A stretch of DNA of 32,000 bases, from contig NZ_QLIR01000008.1 in NCBI RefSeq assembly GCF_003428155.1, forward strand, positions 54,568 through 86,567, read 5' to 3'. Both the position numbers and the translations under genes were made by a program. The stretch comes from Fastidiosibacter lacustris. GTDB taxonomy: Bacteria; Pseudomonadota; Gammaproteobacteria; Francisellales; Francisellaceae. Under the pieces are notes generated by a model that saw nothing but the letters and a program-made list of their open reading frames with translations, was not told the DNA's origin and searched no databases. Shown here piece by piece: positions 30,556-32,000 of the stretch; within the stretch, counting starts at the first letter, position 1, and each line of letters opens with the position of its first letter.

Positions 30556-31771
30556 CTAATACTAAATATCACCTATTAGCAATTTTCTCTATACTGCTTT
30601 CTAAGCTTGCTGATCAAATTCTCCTTTTCGCGATTCCGATTATTGTATTTAAATTAACAAATAGTTTTTCTTTATCGGGAATCGCCTTTTTTATGGAGTG
30701 GCTACCAAGAGTTATTTCTTTACCCATTTCTGGCAGAAAACTCGATAAATGTGACAGCCAGAATATGTTTGTCCACGCCAACTTTGTAAGAGGTGTCGTT
30801 ATTTTATGTGCTTTCTTGGCACTAAGCCTTACCTCAGTTTCCCTTTTTCTTGTGCTTTGCCTTATGATGGTTATTAATGGCTTTTACTATGCACGCTCAT
30901 TCGTCACTGTACAGTATTACACCTCACATGTTTACAGCGGCAAAAAACTTGCCAAAGTCCAGACTTATCTTATGAATATTGAACAAATAAGCCAAATCAT
31001 GGGACCTGCAATTGGTGTGGCTTTGTCAGTGTATTTCAATATTCTATCTGAGCTCATCATTATTGCCGTTATGTTTGTGCTGTCATCCCTATTTATCTTG
31101 CGCCTGCCAAAAAGCTATTTTATAGCTACAAACAAACAGAACGTTATCCAATCCAATATTGTAAAAGACTTACAAGTAGCACTGGGCGTCATCTGGTATA
31201 GTAACAAATTAAGGTGGATGGTTACCCTCACAATCTTTATTAATCTTATTTGGGGACTTATGCTATCAATGGGAGCCCCTTTAGTTACTGGAACATTCCA
31301 ATTAACTGCCAGCTATTTTGGTCTTGTGCAAACGGTAACAGGAATCGTGAACATTGCTATATTTATGCTTATCCCAATAGTGCTCAAACGCTGTAGTGTT
31401 GCCATCTTAGGTTTTTCTGCCACCATCGGCATGATTACAGGCGGACTACTTATCGGGGCAGGACAAACCTACACTTTTTCTTTATCGGTTATCTTTTTAT
31501 CATGGTCTTTGATGGCGTTTTTAACGTCTACATTCGTACAGAAAGAGCTAAATTTATCCCTAAAGATGTTCTTGGAAAAACAATTGGGATGATCGTATTT
31601 TTAAATCAATTAAGCGTGCCATTAGCTGGGCTTCTTATGTCAATCTTAGCAACTCTACTCTCACCGTTTGCCATTATTATAGTGTTTTGCATTCTCACAA
31701 TTGTCACGTTTATCCTATCTTTGCCACAGCTATTCCAACGACACGAGTTGGTTAATAATCCAAATACATGA
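30552..31771 (+). pseudogene. MFS transporter, split by an apparent single-nucleotide frameshift near 31490-31502
   Basis: ORF 30552-31592 (346 aa, MFS-like TM segments) and ORF 31502-31771 (GVFNVYIRTERAKFIPKDVLGKTIGMIVFLNQLSVPLAGLL, an MFS C-terminal segment) lie in different frames. Adding one base near the T5 run at 31494-31498 would give about 406 aa. ATGA overlap with the upstream ATP-grasp gene. Confidence 0.75.
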
Positions 31772-31849
31772 CAAAAGAAAACACTACCCAATTATTTTGG
31801 TTTCTCGGGGTATTCTAAAGCAACTTAATCGATGCTAACGCTGCCAACT

Positions 31850-32000
31850 TTACCTTTCCAAACTCAGTAGTTTCTGCTTACAAGCAATACCGCCAGCATA
31901 ACCACCAATTTTTCCGTCTGCTTTAATCACTCGGTGACACGGCACGATAATACATATCGGGTTTTTAGCATTTGCAGTTCCTACTGCACGGACAGCTTTT
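31850..32000 (-). CDS. ogt: Methylated-DNA--protein-cysteine S-methyltransferase, C-terminal part only (runs off window)
   Basis: Minus-strand translation [49 protein letters not shown]; active site PCHRVI. Not in the supplied ORF track. Confidence 0.93.
   Translation of the reverse strand, partial: KAVRAVGTANAKNPICIIVPCHRVIKADGKIGGYAGGIACKQKLLSLER

Noticed and set aside
31491-31501. Programmed -1 ribosomal frameshift in the MFS gene
   Set aside because: The zero-frame site ATC-TTT-TTA is not a canonical X-XXY-YYZ slippery heptamer (C precedes TTT) and no obvious stimulatory structure was seen. A 1-nt indel in the T run is simpler, so recoding is kept only as a remote alternative.

Overview
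32 kb window of a low-GC genome that reads as gammaproteobacterial. The gene content would fit a Francisella/Fastidiosibacteraceae-like lineage, but that is an inference. Most of it is ordinary chromosomal housekeeping: truB (5'-truncated) - rnr - grxB; recX/recA; a YcfL-type lipoprotein; the macromolecular-synthesis cluster rpsU - yqeY - dnaG - rpoD; ylqF; birA; an APC amino-acid permease; a DAACS symporter; class I fumarase; yraN; prlC; an M50 protease; a Mth938-like protein; fabV; tRNA-Leu(CAA); tgt; putP; and a 3'-terminal ogt/MGMT fragment. The accessory-looking parts are (i) an APH-fold phosphotransferase next to recA, (ii) a 770-aa multicopper oxidase whose C-terminus looks like a CopB-type outer-membrane domain, (iii) a 33-bp sequence (31/33 identical) just upstream of both (i) and (ii), possibly an insertion-element end remnant, and (iv) an ATP-grasp ligase translationally coupled to an MFS exporter, a two-gene arrangement reminiscent of dipeptide or peptide-like metabolite synthesis plus export. 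The exporter is split by an apparent 1-nt frameshift. A ~530-bp gap between putP and the ATP-grasp gene contains a plausible 30-codon transmembrane microprotein missing from the ORF track, plus inverted repeats. No CRISPR array, intact transposase or prophage was seen.
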